DNA of 62,140 nucleotides from an uncultured Hyphomicrobiales bacterium (GTDB lineage: Bacteria > Bacteroidota > Ignavibacteria > Kapaibacteriales > UBA2268). Below the pieces are notes generated by a model. It did no database searches. It saw nothing but the letters and a program-made list of their open reading frames with translations, and had not been told where the DNA came from. The translations under genes and the position numbers were made by a program. Positions 47,376-57,539 of the stretch are shown here, piece after piece. The DNA lies in the NCBI GenBank assembly GCA_964454445.1, contig CAYVTD010000013.1:1-62140 (forward strand). The letters are read 5' to 3'. Position 1 is the stretch's first letter; every line of letters begins with the position of its first letter.

Positions 47376-49085
47376 ATGTATCTTCCAACAACAATCGAAG
47401 AGTTAGATAGGCTTGGCTGGGTGAAGCCAGATATAATTCTTGTTTCAGGAGATACTTACATCGATTCACCTTACGACGGGGTTGCAGCTTTAGGCAAGTT
47501 CCTTTTATCAAAGGGATTTAAGGTCGCTGTAATTGCCCAGCCTGATGTTTCTAATCAATCAAATCTACTAAATTCCGTTCCTGATATTGCCCGATTAGGA
47601 GAACCTTCACTTTTCTGGGGTGTTAGCGCCGGTTGTGTCGATTCGATGGTTGCTAATTACACAGCCTTAAATAAGAAAAAGAGAAGCGACGACTTAACCC
47701 CAGGCAATATTAACAACAGGAGACCTAATAGAGCCACTATCGTTTATTGCAATGAAATCCGAAGATATTTCAAGAACACGAAACCAATTATTTTAGGAGG
47801 AATTGAGGCTAGCCTAAGGCGAATAGCCCATTACGATTATTGGTCGGATTCAGTTAGGCGCTCTATTTTATTTGATGCTAAAGCAGATTATCTTGTTTAT
47901 GGAGAAGGCGAGCGTACTATCCTTGAAGTAGCTGAAAAATTGAGAGATAACAAAAATCTTTACGAACAAAAAGGTCTTTGTTATATCTCTAATACTCCGA
48001 TTCCGAATTATATTGATATTCCGTCTTTCGAAGAAGTTGCTAAAGATAAAAAGGCATTTAACGTTATGTTTACTGAATTTTACAAGAATAACGACCCCAA
48101 AAATGCTAAAGGATTATTTCAAAAGAATGGTGAAAGATTCTTGGTGCAAAACCCACCAAATGACTATATCGAGGGAAAAGATCTTGATGCTCTATTTGAT
48201 TTGGGTTATGAATATGATGTCCATCCATTTTATAAAAGTCAGGGAAAAATAAAAGCACTTGAAACTATATCTTTCTCTATCATTTCGCATAGAGGTTGCT
48301 ATGGAGAATGTAATTTTTGTAGTATTACTGTCCATCAAGGGCGTAAAGTAAGGAGCAGAAGCGAAGAATCGATTTTAAAAGAAGCTGAATATTTCACTAA
48401 GAACAGAAATTTCAAAGGAATAATAAAAGATATTGGAGGGGCAACGGCAAATATGTATGGCAACGTATGCGCTGTGCAAAATAAGAGTGGTAGTTGCAAG
48501 AATAAAAGATGTGTTTTCCCGGTTTTGTGTAAAAAAATGGATATTAATCACAATGAATTGATAACTGTTTTGCAAAAGCTTGCTGCATTGCCAGGGGTGA
48601 AAAAGGTAATAACAGGCAGTGGGATTCGATACGATCTGGTAGTTGCAGATAAAGCAAACGGCAGGAGATATTTGGAAGATGTGATTGAGAAACATCTATC
48701 AGGTCAGATGAAAATTGCTCCCGAGCACACAGACGAAGAAGTTTTAAGCATAATGGGGAAACCGCAAGTCGCTTCTTTAAAGCAGTTTAAAGAAGAATTT
48801 TTTAGGATAACCAAGAAATATGGCAAGAAACAATTTCTTACTTATTATATTATTGCAGCACACCCGGGCTGCCACGAAAAGAATATGAAGAATCTCTCTG
48901 ATTATATGCACAAGGAATTGAATATCAATCCTGAGCAAGTCCAGGTTTTTACCCCGACACCATCGACATATTCAACAGCTATGTATTTTACGGGGATAAA
49001 CCCTTTGACAGGCAAGGAAGTTTTTTCTGAAAAAAGTTTTAAGAAAAAAAATATTCAGAAACAGATTGTCGTCGGAAAGAAATGA
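47376..49085 (+). CDS. ygiQ: YgiQ-family radical SAM protein (UPF0313)
   Basis: CxxxCxxC motif CYGECNFCS and the conserved N-terminal domain typical of YgiQ. Confidence 0.85.
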   Translation: MYLPTTIEELDRLGWVKPDIILVSGDTYIDSPYDGVAALGKFLLSKGFKVAVIAQPDVSNQSNLLNSVPDIARLGEPSLFWGVSAGCVDSMVANYTALNKKKRSDDLTPGNINNRRPNRATIVYCNEIRRYFKNTKPIILGGIEASLRRIAHYDYWSDSVRRSILFDAKADYLVYGEGERTILEVAEKLRDNKNLYEQKGLCYISNTPIPNYIDIPSFEEVAKDKKAFNVMFTEFYKNNDPKNAKGLFQKNGERFLVQNPPNDYIEGKDLDALFDLGYEYDVHPFYKSQGKIKALETISFSIISHRGCYGECNFCSITVHQGRKVRSRSEESILKEAEYFTKNRNFKGIIKDIGGATANMYGNVCAVQNKSGSCKNKRCVFPVLCKKMDINHNELITVLQKLAALPGVKKVITGSGIRYDLVVADKANGRRYLEDVIEKHLSGQMKIAPEHTDEEVLSIMGKPQVASLKQFKEEFFRITKKYGKKQFLTYYIIAAHPGCHEKNMKNLSDYMHKELNINPEQVQVFTPTPSTYSTAMYFTGINPLTGKEVFSEKSFKKKNIQKQIVVGKK

Positions 49086-49165
49086 AACGAATCAAACGAA
49101 TATTCATAATACTTGCTTTTTCTTTATTTTTTGCAGTAAGCGCAGTAGATGAAGATAAAATAAAA

Positions 49166-49192
49166 AACCGGCGGATTACACCGGTTGTTTTT
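49166..49192. terminator. Probable bidirectional terminator hairpin between convergent genes
   Basis: A-run, then AACCGG stem, loop, CCGGTT stem, then a T-run. It lies between the convergent ygiQ (+) and the 49285..50016 gene (-), and inside the doubtful 64-codon ORF 49082..49276. Confidence 0.4.
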
Positions 49193-49284
49193 ACTATCGA
49201 AAACGTTCCGCAATATGGCAGGAGGATACCGATGAAAAGGCATTACCAGCCAGATTACCTGATAAGATTGATTTAATTTTCGTT

Positions 49285-50016
49285 TTAGCGAGAAATACTA
49301 AAAGTTCCTTTATTTACAATGTTTTTCTGGCGGCTGATGATGTAATAATAAACACCGGCAGAAAAATCTCTTGTTTTCAATGTCAATACATCACCATTTA
49401 TCTGATAATTGGCATTATCAATTCTGTTGGCGTGAGAATTATAGACTTCGATGTCCAATCCAGATAAATCTGAAATAGAAGGAAGTGATATATTTATATA
49501 ATCGTTAGCAGGATTGGGGAATACAGGCGCACTCGATTGGGTGGTTAATTCTAAAACGGAAGTGGTGCCTACGTTGTATGAGCACTCGTAAGCCACATAA
49601 TCGTCTTCGTTAACCATAAAGTAAAACTTGACTTTCGATGTGCCGAATTTCCCGTTTGGATAAAGATGCACGAACAATTCTAATCCGTTTTCTGCTGTGG
49701 TCGATTCTCCAGGTTCCAGAGAAAACACTTCATCAGGTCGGTCGTAAATGGTAACAGGCGGAAAGAACTGACGGCACTCGAAATTGAAGCATGGGCTGAG
49801 AGTGTGCCCATCGACTAGACTAATTGTCTCGATTTTGATATAAATTGTTACTTTATGGTTGCTAATGTTTTTCACATCGCCATAAGAAACAAGCTCGTTG
49901 GTTAAGGTGCCGCTTACAATTTCGTCTCCACGAATTAGCTCGAGGCTTTGTGATTTTGCATTAAAAGATGCAAGAATAAATAGAAGGCAGATTGTATATA
50001 GTAGATTTTTCATCAT
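49285..50016 (-). CDS. Small secreted protein with T9SS C-terminal sorting domain
   Basis: Signal peptide. The C-terminus FPNPANDYINISLP...LDIEVYNSHANRI...SAGVYYYIISRQ...KGTFSI matches Por_Secre_tail. Confidence 0.7.
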   Translation of the reverse strand: MMKNLLYTICLLFILASFNAKSQSLELIRGDEIVSGTLTNELVSYGDVKNISNHKVTIYIKIETISLVDGHTLSPCFNFECRQFFPPVTIYDRPDEVFSLEPGESTTAENGLELFVHLYPNGKFGTSKVKFYFMVNEDDYVAYECSYNVGTTSVLELTTQSSAPVFPNPANDYINISLPSISDLSGLDIEVYNSHANRIDNANYQINGDVLTLKTRDFSAGVYYYIISRQKNIVNKGTFSISR

Positions 50017-50103
50017 TTTATATCCCGTTAGTTTATAAATTATTTATTTGTAAAACTTTGAACATATATAGACACATTGAAATCGTAAAAAGTTACAAAA
50101 ACC

Positions 50104-50874
50104 TTATAAATGTTTGTTTAAAATATATGGATTTGCCTGATCTGTTGGCGTAATGGTAATATCTTGAATCATAACGTGAGCAGGTCGAGTGGCGACAAAT
50201 AATGCTACATCGGCAATATCATAGCCTGAAAGAGGTGTATAACCCTTATACACTGCGGTAGCTTTTTCTTTATCGCCTTTGAAACGAACAAGTGCGAACT
50301 CAGTTTCGACAAGTCCAGGATCGATATTGCAAACCCTGACGCCAGTACCATTGAGGTCGATAGCCATAGCTTCGGAGAGTGCCTTGACTGCTGATTTTGT
50401 GGCACAATACACATTTCCCATCGGATAGGCCATTTTTCCAGCAATGGAAGCAATATTGATAACCAGACCGGAGCCTTTTTCTACCATTCCAGGCAAAAAA
50501 TATCTGGTAGTGTATAACAATCCCTTGATGTTTGTATCAATCATTGTTTCCCAGTCATCTATGTTGCCGTCTTGAATTTTATCTAAGCCCTGCGCAAGGC
50601 CAGCGTTATTGATTAGAATGTTAAGATTTTTCCAATTATTGGGCATCGAATCGAATAATTGCTTTAATTGTTTTCTATCACGTACATCACATTCGAGGGA
50701 AAGTACCTCAGCGCCAAATTTACTTAGAAGTTCGCTAGCAAGAGCTTTAAGCTCTTTTTCGCGTCGGGCAAGGAGAACTAATCTTGCACCAGCTTCGGCA
50801 AAAATTTCGGCACAAGCTCTGCCAATACCCGCAGTTGCACCTGTTATCAGAATGGTTTTACGTTTTAACTTCAT
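50104..50874 (-). CDS. SDR-family NADP-dependent oxidoreductase (YdfG-like)
   Basis: TGATAGIG and YCATK (YxxxK) motifs. Confidence 0.85.
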   Translation of the reverse strand: MKLKRKTILITGATAGIGRACAEIFAEAGARLVLLARREKELKALASELLSKFGAEVLSLECDVRDRKQLKQLFDSMPNNWKNLNILINNAGLAQGLDKIQDGNIDDWETMIDTNIKGLLYTTRYFLPGMVEKGSGLVINIASIAGKMAYPMGNVYCATKSAVKALSEAMAIDLNGTGVRVCNIDPGLVETEFALVRFKGDKEKATAVYKGYTPLSGYDIADVALFVATRPAHVMIQDITITPTDQANPYILNKHL

Positions 50875-50896
50875 TGTTACCTCATAAATGTTTCAT

Positions 50897-51481
50897 TTAT
50901 CTAGGGATATTTTTCTCATAATCCCTTTTTCTTAATTTGTCAAGATTTTTCAATGCATCGCTCTTGCAGCCTCTTTCGGTTGTGCCAATGCGTACTTCCC
51001 AAGTGCCATCTTGACGCGGCGTCCACACTATTTGTTCATAACGAAGATTTTCTGGGACGAATATACTAGTCAAAGCAGGGCTTGCCACAACATATATTTG
51101 ACAAAGTTTTTTAAAATTTATTGCAATTTTGTCGGTTTTATATGCAAGCTGTAGATTGTATCCGTCTAATGTAGATTCATAGATAATAAAAGTAGATTCC
51201 GGGTCGATACCATCGTAGATAAAGTTGACAGTTTGACCTGTGGCAACGGAGAATTTCTCACCAACTTTTGAAAATGTAATTATGGCATCAGGTTTCTCGG
51301 CTTCTGTATAGCCCGCAATGGGTGAAGAACCATCTGAAGGTATGGTTACGGTTTTTGTTAGTTCAATTTTTGGTTCTTCATCTTTAATTTTAGTTGTTTG
51401 CTTCGATTGTTCTTCTGCTTGGTAAGAAACACATGAAAAAAGCAAGGTTGCCAATAATATTACAAACAAGTAATTTCTCAT
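50897..51481 (-). CDS. Hypothetical lipoprotein
   Basis: Lipobox LLFSC. No recognisable domain. Confidence 0.45.
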   Translation of the reverse strand: MRNYLFVILLATLLFSCVSYQAEEQSKQTTKIKDEEPKIELTKTVTIPSDGSSPIAGYTEAEKPDAIITFSKVGEKFSVATGQTVNFIYDGIDPESTFIIYESTLDGYNLQLAYKTDKIAINFKKLCQIYVVASPALTSIFVPENLRYEQIVWTPRQDGTWEVRIGTTERGCKSDALKNLDKLRKRDYEKNIPR

Positions 51482-51516
51482 AGATATTTCATTTTAAATT
51501 AATTTAACAAGATGTT

Positions 51517-54120
51517 TTATTTCACAACATAGGGTCGTTTGTCGATGTTAAGAGTTCTAGGCACCCAAAGCAAACCAGTAATCTGGTCAATTGCCTCATC
51601 TGGGGTTGGATAGCAACCATAGCGGAGACGAAGTGTTCTATTGCCAAACATATCAAAGATCTCAACTAAATGAGCTTCTTTTAACCCGGAATCTTGAATT
51701 GTTTTTAATGCAGCATTAGCCTCTTCTGCTGTTGTGTAAGAATAAAACTCCAGAGAATAGCAACTTTTCGAAGCATCTGATTGAGGAGGTGTAATTTCAC
51801 TTTTTTCTGTCGGTGGCAAAGGCTTGCTTGCGACCTGGTTTTCGTTAAAAGCTGGTTCGATAGGTTTAGCTGCAGGGCTATCGCCAGGTTTTGAAGCAAT
51901 GCCAAATGTAGATTGCCGTTTTTCATTTGTAACACTACTTTGAACCGTAGCAGATTCTTTGTTTAACTGACCGGGATCATCAATTTTTGGTGTTTCTTTT
52001 ATTGTTTGTTTTTGAGTTGTTTTAATCTCCTTGATTATGCCTTTTTTCAGGCGTTTGTGGCTGGCAATTTCATCGGGTCTGAGGATATCGAGATAAATTT
52101 CAATTCTTCTACTTTGAGGGTCATCGCGCAGATTTCTTTCTTTAAACCCGTCTTTGTCGATACCGAAACCTTCAACGTCGAGAATTACTCTGTTATTATC
52201 TCTAAGTTGCGCATAAATTGGCGAACGCTTAATCATTTCAGCATCAAATGTTTCAAAAGTGAAATGAGCTCTCAGTTTCGATAAAAGAACATTACCTTCT
52301 TCGCCATCGTCAGGCAGACGGATTCGTTTCCCGTCGTCGTTCCAACTCTTAGCGAACATATCTATGCCATTAGAAATTTTAACAGGATTGCCATCGGCAT
52401 CTATACCAACAACAATATTTTTCCCCGGGTATTTTCTTTTATAACGCGATCCGGGTCTGTATGGATGTTCATTTCCAGCAGAAAGACCGCGTGGATCGGT
52501 ATATCCATGGACAGTTACTTTTAAATACAGAGTATCTCTACAAAAATCTTGGAATAATGGGAGAATTTTTTCAAGTGGTTGAAACAGCTTTTCTGAAAAA
52601 CTCTGGTCAATTCTTTTTGCTGCTTTAATATAATCATGAGATGTCGAATCGACAAAACCAGTTTCATTGAAATATCCTTCTGCTTCCCGCTGACGAAACT
52701 TATCTAAGTTTTCACTTGTATTTGGCTCCCAATATCCTGTAATAAAATAGGGCAGAGTATCGGTCGAGATGAAAACTATTGGTTGAAACTCGATTTTTTG
52801 TCTTGTAATCTGAACATCTCTATAATAAATGGTGTCGAGTCCAAAAGGGGCTTTTGTGAAAACTTCGAGCGTGCTTGGTCCTTCGATTTTATTTTGATAG
52901 CATTCTTCTTCGACAAATTTTGAGAATTTAATAACGTAAGTTTTATCGGGATCAACATCGATTGGTGAGCCGGATTTTGCATCAATAGTTGCTCCTGTGG
53001 CTCGCTCTTCAATAGTTAATGGTAAGCCGGTCTTTATAGTAGCAGGAAGTATTTCGATGCCATTGGCATCTAATATTCTTTCGCTCACGTTTACTTGCAA
53101 TCGAATTTTCGATTTTGGCAATGAAAAGGCAAAGATATTCCTTTTATCAAGGTCGGCGGAGCGGTTTGATGTTAAAAAAATTGAATGTCTATCTGGAGTA
53201 ATAAATGGGAATTCGTCGTCTGCTTCAGAATTATAATTAATATATGAAGGGAAATCGAGTCCATATTTTTTTGCATCTGCTCTTATTGCATCATCAAGTT
53301 TAACAGGTTTAGAAGGCTGTTGAAGTCCTAAATAGATTTGATAATCAGCTCGGAAAATGTCTTTGCCCGAGCTGCCTTTTGTGTTTTTGTCGAAATCCCA
53401 ATTACTCGAAAAATAGAATTTGCCATCGGTACCGCAATGTGGCGAAAATTCGTCTCCTGGTGAATTGACATTAGGAACAGCTAGAGGTTTGCCCCAATTT
53501 CCTTCAGCATCTCTTATAGAATACCAGATGTCTAAGCCACCCGAGCCGCCATTTCTATTGGAAACGAAATAAAGTGTTTTGCCATCTTGCGAGAAAGCCG
53601 GCTGCGAATCCCAAGCGTCAGGATCGTTGATCTCATTTAATGGGCGCGGTGTCGAATAACCATCGCTTCTTTTAGTCATTTCCCAAAGGTCCAACAGATA
53701 GGAAGTGCCTTCGTTATTGCCCGAAGAGAGGTCTCGTTCCGCAGCAAAGATAATACGGTCTGCGAAGATGGCTTGAGTTCCGCGAATATATCCACTAATT
53801 CTTCCACTTTCGTCACTTAACTGAATTGCTTGGGACCAACCGGTGTTAATAGGTTTTCCTTCTTTTCTGTATGATGCAGGGCGGATTGAATAGAAAAATT
53901 CGGCGTTCAAGGCTGTTCGCACAGTTTTTGGAACGGGACGGGAGCTTGTGAAAATTAATGTGTCATGATCAGCACCATATATCATATATGAACCATAATC
54001 TTCATATTTTGAGTTCACTTTATTGTCGAGCATTCCACCTTCCAATTTTTCTTTTTCGGCTAATAATAGCGAACTTGCAAGAAAAAATGGAATTATTATT
54101 ATAAAAAACAATCTTTTCAT
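51517..54120 (-). CDS. Multidomain envelope protein: PD40/TolB-like beta-propeller repeats, an OmpA_C-like domain with a large insertion, and a C-terminal SPOR domain
   Basis: Signal peptide. PD40-like repeats (LDIWYSIRDAEGNWGKP, GDEFSPHCGTDGKFYFSS). OmpA-like TVHGYTDPRG ... PQSRRIEIYL split by about 100 aa. The SPOR-like C-terminus is YSLEFYSYTTAEEANAALKTIQDSG...LRLRYGCY. Confidence 0.6.
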   Translation of the reverse strand: MKRLFFIIIIPFFLASSLLLAEKEKLEGGMLDNKVNSKYEDYGSYMIYGADHDTLIFTSSRPVPKTVRTALNAEFFYSIRPASYRKEGKPINTGWSQAIQLSDESGRISGYIRGTQAIFADRIIFAAERDLSSGNNEGTSYLLDLWEMTKRSDGYSTPRPLNEINDPDAWDSQPAFSQDGKTLYFVSNRNGGSGGLDIWYSIRDAEGNWGKPLAVPNVNSPGDEFSPHCGTDGKFYFSSNWDFDKNTKGSSGKDIFRADYQIYLGLQQPSKPVKLDDAIRADAKKYGLDFPSYINYNSEADDEFPFITPDRHSIFLTSNRSADLDKRNIFAFSLPKSKIRLQVNVSERILDANGIEILPATIKTGLPLTIEERATGATIDAKSGSPIDVDPDKTYVIKFSKFVEEECYQNKIEGPSTLEVFTKAPFGLDTIYYRDVQITRQKIEFQPIVFISTDTLPYFITGYWEPNTSENLDKFRQREAEGYFNETGFVDSTSHDYIKAAKRIDQSFSEKLFQPLEKILPLFQDFCRDTLYLKVTVHGYTDPRGLSAGNEHPYRPGSRYKRKYPGKNIVVGIDADGNPVKISNGIDMFAKSWNDDGKRIRLPDDGEEGNVLLSKLRAHFTFETFDAEMIKRSPIYAQLRDNNRVILDVEGFGIDKDGFKERNLRDDPQSRRIEIYLDILRPDEIASHKRLKKGIIKEIKTTQKQTIKETPKIDDPGQLNKESATVQSSVTNEKRQSTFGIASKPGDSPAAKPIEPAFNENQVASKPLPPTEKSEITPPQSDASKSCYSLEFYSYTTAEEANAALKTIQDSGLKEAHLVEIFDMFGNRTLRLRYGCYPTPDEAIDQITGLLWVPRTLNIDKRPYVVK

Positions 54121-54140
54121 TGTATTTCTCTCCTATTTTG

Positions 54141-56234
54141 TTAAGGAATAAAAATTGGATATATAGCCCTGAATTCTATTCCAGATTGCTTGCTTGATGT
54201 TGATTCTGTTCCGTTATCGACACGTCTTATGTAAAGCAAAGAATAAGTAATGGCATTAAACTTAAAAGCGATAATATCACCGACATTTAAATTTGTAATT
54301 GGATTTGATGAATAGCCGGTCGAGTAGCCAGGATCAGCTGCAAAGAGGGTTACAATGCTTGAAACATTTGAAAAGTCAGCCTCAGGGACATTATTGCGCC
54401 AGACTTTCATACCGATACTGTTATCAACTAATTTTAATATTGGTGCCTGAGGAGGAATGGCTGATGCTAATGTATCGTTTACATCAACAAAAATATGCCC
54501 AACCCGTGGAGGATATTCGCCATAAGTGCCGTTAATGAAGTGGTTTATGGTTCTTGCATCTTTACCAAAGTAATATACTTCATTTTCAGGGGTAAGTCTT
54601 AATGGTGTTCGCTGGCTATATGCTCGCAAATTAATAATTGGACTAATTTCTGGAAAGACGGTTACCACAGAGGCAATATTAACTTCTTGCAAACAACTAC
54701 CACTTTGCAAACGGAGCCGGATAGTAAAGGCGCTGTCTGAAACTCTGCCAGTATTGCCTCTGGCAGCCACTATCTGCTGCATCGTTTGTAAAGAAGGTGC
54801 AGTGAATGTTACATTGATTTTTGCTGAATCACCCGGTGCAAGCGTTATTCGTGTTGGAGTAACTTTGTAGTAAGAGCCTGCATAGTTGTCTTGTGGTATT
54901 ATTGATGCATTGATTGTAACTTCGCTGCAGGCACTATCGGGGTTAAAAACGGTATATTGTTCACTTGCAACGGAGACAAAAGGTGGATCCACATTTATTA
55001 TTGAAACGAAAACCCTGTTGTCTTTGCGGTTCGACAATGTATCTCGTGGTATTGGCGAATTAAAAATGCGCAGAGGATAATCAGTAAATCCAAGATATGG
55101 GCAAGTGTTGGAGCATCCCTGACCGCTAAAAATAACTAAATATGGGCAATTGTTTTGAGTGCCTTCAGGGTGAATGTTAAGTGATAATGTGTCGGCATTA
55201 GTCAAGGCATGAGTTGCTGAGAATCGTGCTCTGATTGTTAGCATTGCACCCGGGGCAAGCGTTTGTGGAAAGGTAGGCGACAAAATTGTCCAACCATCAT
55301 TGCCATCAAAGCTGTTACGAGAGATTACGACAGTGCAGGCAAGGGTATTAGTAAAAACTACTTCAGTATGTTCGACACTTGAACCGACAGGAACACTTTC
55401 CGGCAATATTACTCTGTATAGGGTTTCCAATTCGCTACATTCACAGCCTGGTTCGATAACGTCTGCTTGTAGTCTTAAAACAAAAGTGCCTTGATTGTTG
55501 CCACAACTCAGAGTTAAGTTGATAGTCTCACGGAAAGCAGCAGCATTGACAGTAGTTACTGCAAAACAAATTGATAGAGTCGTACCTGGTGGCACAACAA
55601 CAGGGTTAGTGCTTACTGGTGTTGAGCCAAGATATACAGATTGGACAGAAAAAGGTGCAGGCACTGATGGTATGGCTACTGTAATAGGCTCTGTCGTAGA
55701 GGAATTGGTCATGCTCCAGCATTTTTCGTATTTGTTTATTCCTTTTGGAGTATTCTGTTTTAATCCGGGAGAGCCGTTTTCGTCGATGAAAACAATAGTT
55801 TCACTACCATTTAAATTATTGCATTGCACATTTGAAACAACAGTAGTATCGAAAACAAAAACGAGTAAAGTATCCTTGCAAAGTAAAACATAGTTTTTGC
55901 TTTGTATTTGATTGTTGTAATTTGCAATAAAGCTTAGATTTCGTCCAGCAAGAGGGGCAAGGAGCGAAAAATTAGCAGCACCATTTTGGTTAGTTGTTTG
56001 TGTTGAGATGGCATTAGCGGCCCCTGCATCAAAAACACTAACCTGCACTCCAGACAAAGGTATCTTTACTCCATTTTGTATATTTACTTGAAACGCCTGA
56101 ACAATAACATTTCTTTCCTTGCTATCTTCGGGGGCAGTTGTCTCCATACATCCCCAAAATGCCGTTGATATTGCAAGAAGCAATGCACAGCTAAGCATTA
56201 TCGGCATTATCAGCTTGTTTTTTATTTTTTTCAT
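54141..56234 (-). CDS. Large hypothetical secreted/lipoprotein, Ser/Thr/Val-rich (Ig-like beta domains?)
   Basis: Hydrophobic signal with a Cys (AFWGC). Beta-rich and low-complexity composition. No catalytic motif. Confidence 0.45.
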   Translation of the reverse strand: MKKIKNKLIMPIMLSCALLLAISTAFWGCMETTAPEDSKERNVIVQAFQVNIQNGVKIPLSGVQVSVFDAGAANAISTQTTNQNGAANFSLLAPLAGRNLSFIANYNNQIQSKNYVLLCKDTLLVFVFDTTVVSNVQCNNLNGSETIVFIDENGSPGLKQNTPKGINKYEKCWSMTNSSTTEPITVAIPSVPAPFSVQSVYLGSTPVSTNPVVVPPGTTLSICFAVTTVNAAAFRETINLTLSCGNNQGTFVLRLQADVIEPGCECSELETLYRVILPESVPVGSSVEHTEVVFTNTLACTVVISRNSFDGNDGWTILSPTFPQTLAPGAMLTIRARFSATHALTNADTLSLNIHPEGTQNNCPYLVIFSGQGCSNTCPYLGFTDYPLRIFNSPIPRDTLSNRKDNRVFVSIINVDPPFVSVASEQYTVFNPDSACSEVTINASIIPQDNYAGSYYKVTPTRITLAPGDSAKINVTFTAPSLQTMQQIVAARGNTGRVSDSAFTIRLRLQSGSCLQEVNIASVVTVFPEISPIINLRAYSQRTPLRLTPENEVYYFGKDARTINHFINGTYGEYPPRVGHIFVDVNDTLASAIPPQAPILKLVDNSIGMKVWRNNVPEADFSNVSSIVTLFAADPGYSTGYSSNPITNLNVGDIIAFKFNAITYSLLYIRRVDNGTESTSSKQSGIEFRAIYPIFIP

Positions 56235-56279
56235 AATTAATATTTAGATTTATGATACATAATTTTCTATTTTTTAAGC

Positions 56280-57332
56280 TTAGAATGTAAGACCAAAGCG
56301 CAAAAGAAGAACTGTCGATTTTCTAAAAGGGTTGCGGTCTTCATCGGCAATTGATGGGCAGCACTCTATCGGAGGTAAAGGAAGATTCATCCCCCGTAAA
56401 CCCAAATCTATTGAGAAATCCACATCACAGTTGATTGCCCAATCATGTCCAATGCCAAATCCGTAAAAATACCTTTGGAAATCCATACTTGAGCCAAATA
56501 AAGGTGCATCTGTCTGAAAGTCAAGAGGTAAACCAGCATTAGCATAAAAATAGAAAGAGTTGCAATTTTCAGAGAATTTTGCCGGGAATTGATTGAAAGT
56601 GTATCTTAGATGAAGCCCAACCGGAACAAATAATGAGCCATCGACGGGCCAAATACCTGTTATAACACCCATCTGAAAATGTTTTGTCTTGTCGATGAAA
56701 GAAACATTCCACAGCCCTACTACTTCAAAGCCAAGCACTATCGAAGAGCCTCCTCTGTCGAAGCCAATGAAAGATGATTTATATACATCTTGTCCTGTAG
56801 AGCTTGGATAGACGGCGCTGTCTTTGCTCCCCCGGTATCCAATAGCACCACGGATTTCAAATTTATCGAAGAACCATAACCCATCTCTAACCCTGCAGCA
56901 GCCCTTGATTTCGGGCAAGTCCTTATGGGTTATTTCTAAAGGGGGCTGCAAGGGATCGCTCACGTAAGTAATTCTTTTTACCCTGGTAAGTGGCACTTCA
57001 TACTCTGGAGGTTCTTCGCCTATCGAGCAAGGGATTGATTTCACACGTATTCTTGCCGAGCGGTCTTCTGTTTCAGGGATGAAAAACGGTTTTTCAGATG
57101 ACTTGATAGAGTTGAGTTTTACGTCAGGGTTACATTTGTTGGTAATCGGAGTTTGCGATTCTTCCAACTCGACATTCCATGTTATTACTTGTTCCTTAGT
57201 TGATGAACAAGAGCTAAACCACAGGGAGAGAAGCGCTAGCATGAGCAGAAGCACAGGAAATCTAAGTGGTATTAAAGATATTTTACATGTTTCCTTTTGC
57301 GATAGTTCGCGGCTGGGAAGTTCTTTTCTCAT
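56280..57332 (-). CDS. Hypothetical outer-membrane lipoprotein with C-terminal beta-barrel-like domain
   Basis: Lipobox LWFSSC. The C-terminal ~200 aa has amphipathic beta strands and ends ...LLLRFGLTF (terminal Phe). Confidence 0.45.
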   Translation of the reverse strand: MRKELPSRELSQKETCKISLIPLRFPVLLLMLALLSLWFSSCSSTKEQVITWNVELEESQTPITNKCNPDVKLNSIKSSEKPFFIPETEDRSARIRVKSIPCSIGEEPPEYEVPLTRVKRITYVSDPLQPPLEITHKDLPEIKGCCRVRDGLWFFDKFEIRGAIGYRGSKDSAVYPSSTGQDVYKSSFIGFDRGGSSIVLGFEVVGLWNVSFIDKTKHFQMGVITGIWPVDGSLFVPVGLHLRYTFNQFPAKFSENCNSFYFYANAGLPLDFQTDAPLFGSSMDFQRYFYGFGIGHDWAINCDVDFSIDLGLRGMNLPLPPIECCPSIADEDRNPFRKSTVLLLRFGLTF

Positions 57333-57539
57333 ATTTTTTTATGAATATTTGAACATATTTAATATAAAATTATGTTTTTTTTTTGAATTATCCAATAATT
57401 ATATTTATTATTTTCAATGACTATCTAAGATTAAAAAAAGTAATGATATTTACTAAATGAGCAATAATTAATAAGTTTTAAAGGAAATGGAAATAGTTAG
57501 TTTTAAAAATGTCCTTAAATATTGATTATTATTTCAACA

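Noticed and set aside
49082-49276. 64-codon ORF with a signal-peptide-like N-terminus between ygiQ and the T9SS cargo gene
   Set aside because: It contains the A-run/hairpin/T-run terminator structure at 49166-49192, overlaps the ygiQ stop, and has no RBS. More likely to be non-coding terminator sequence.
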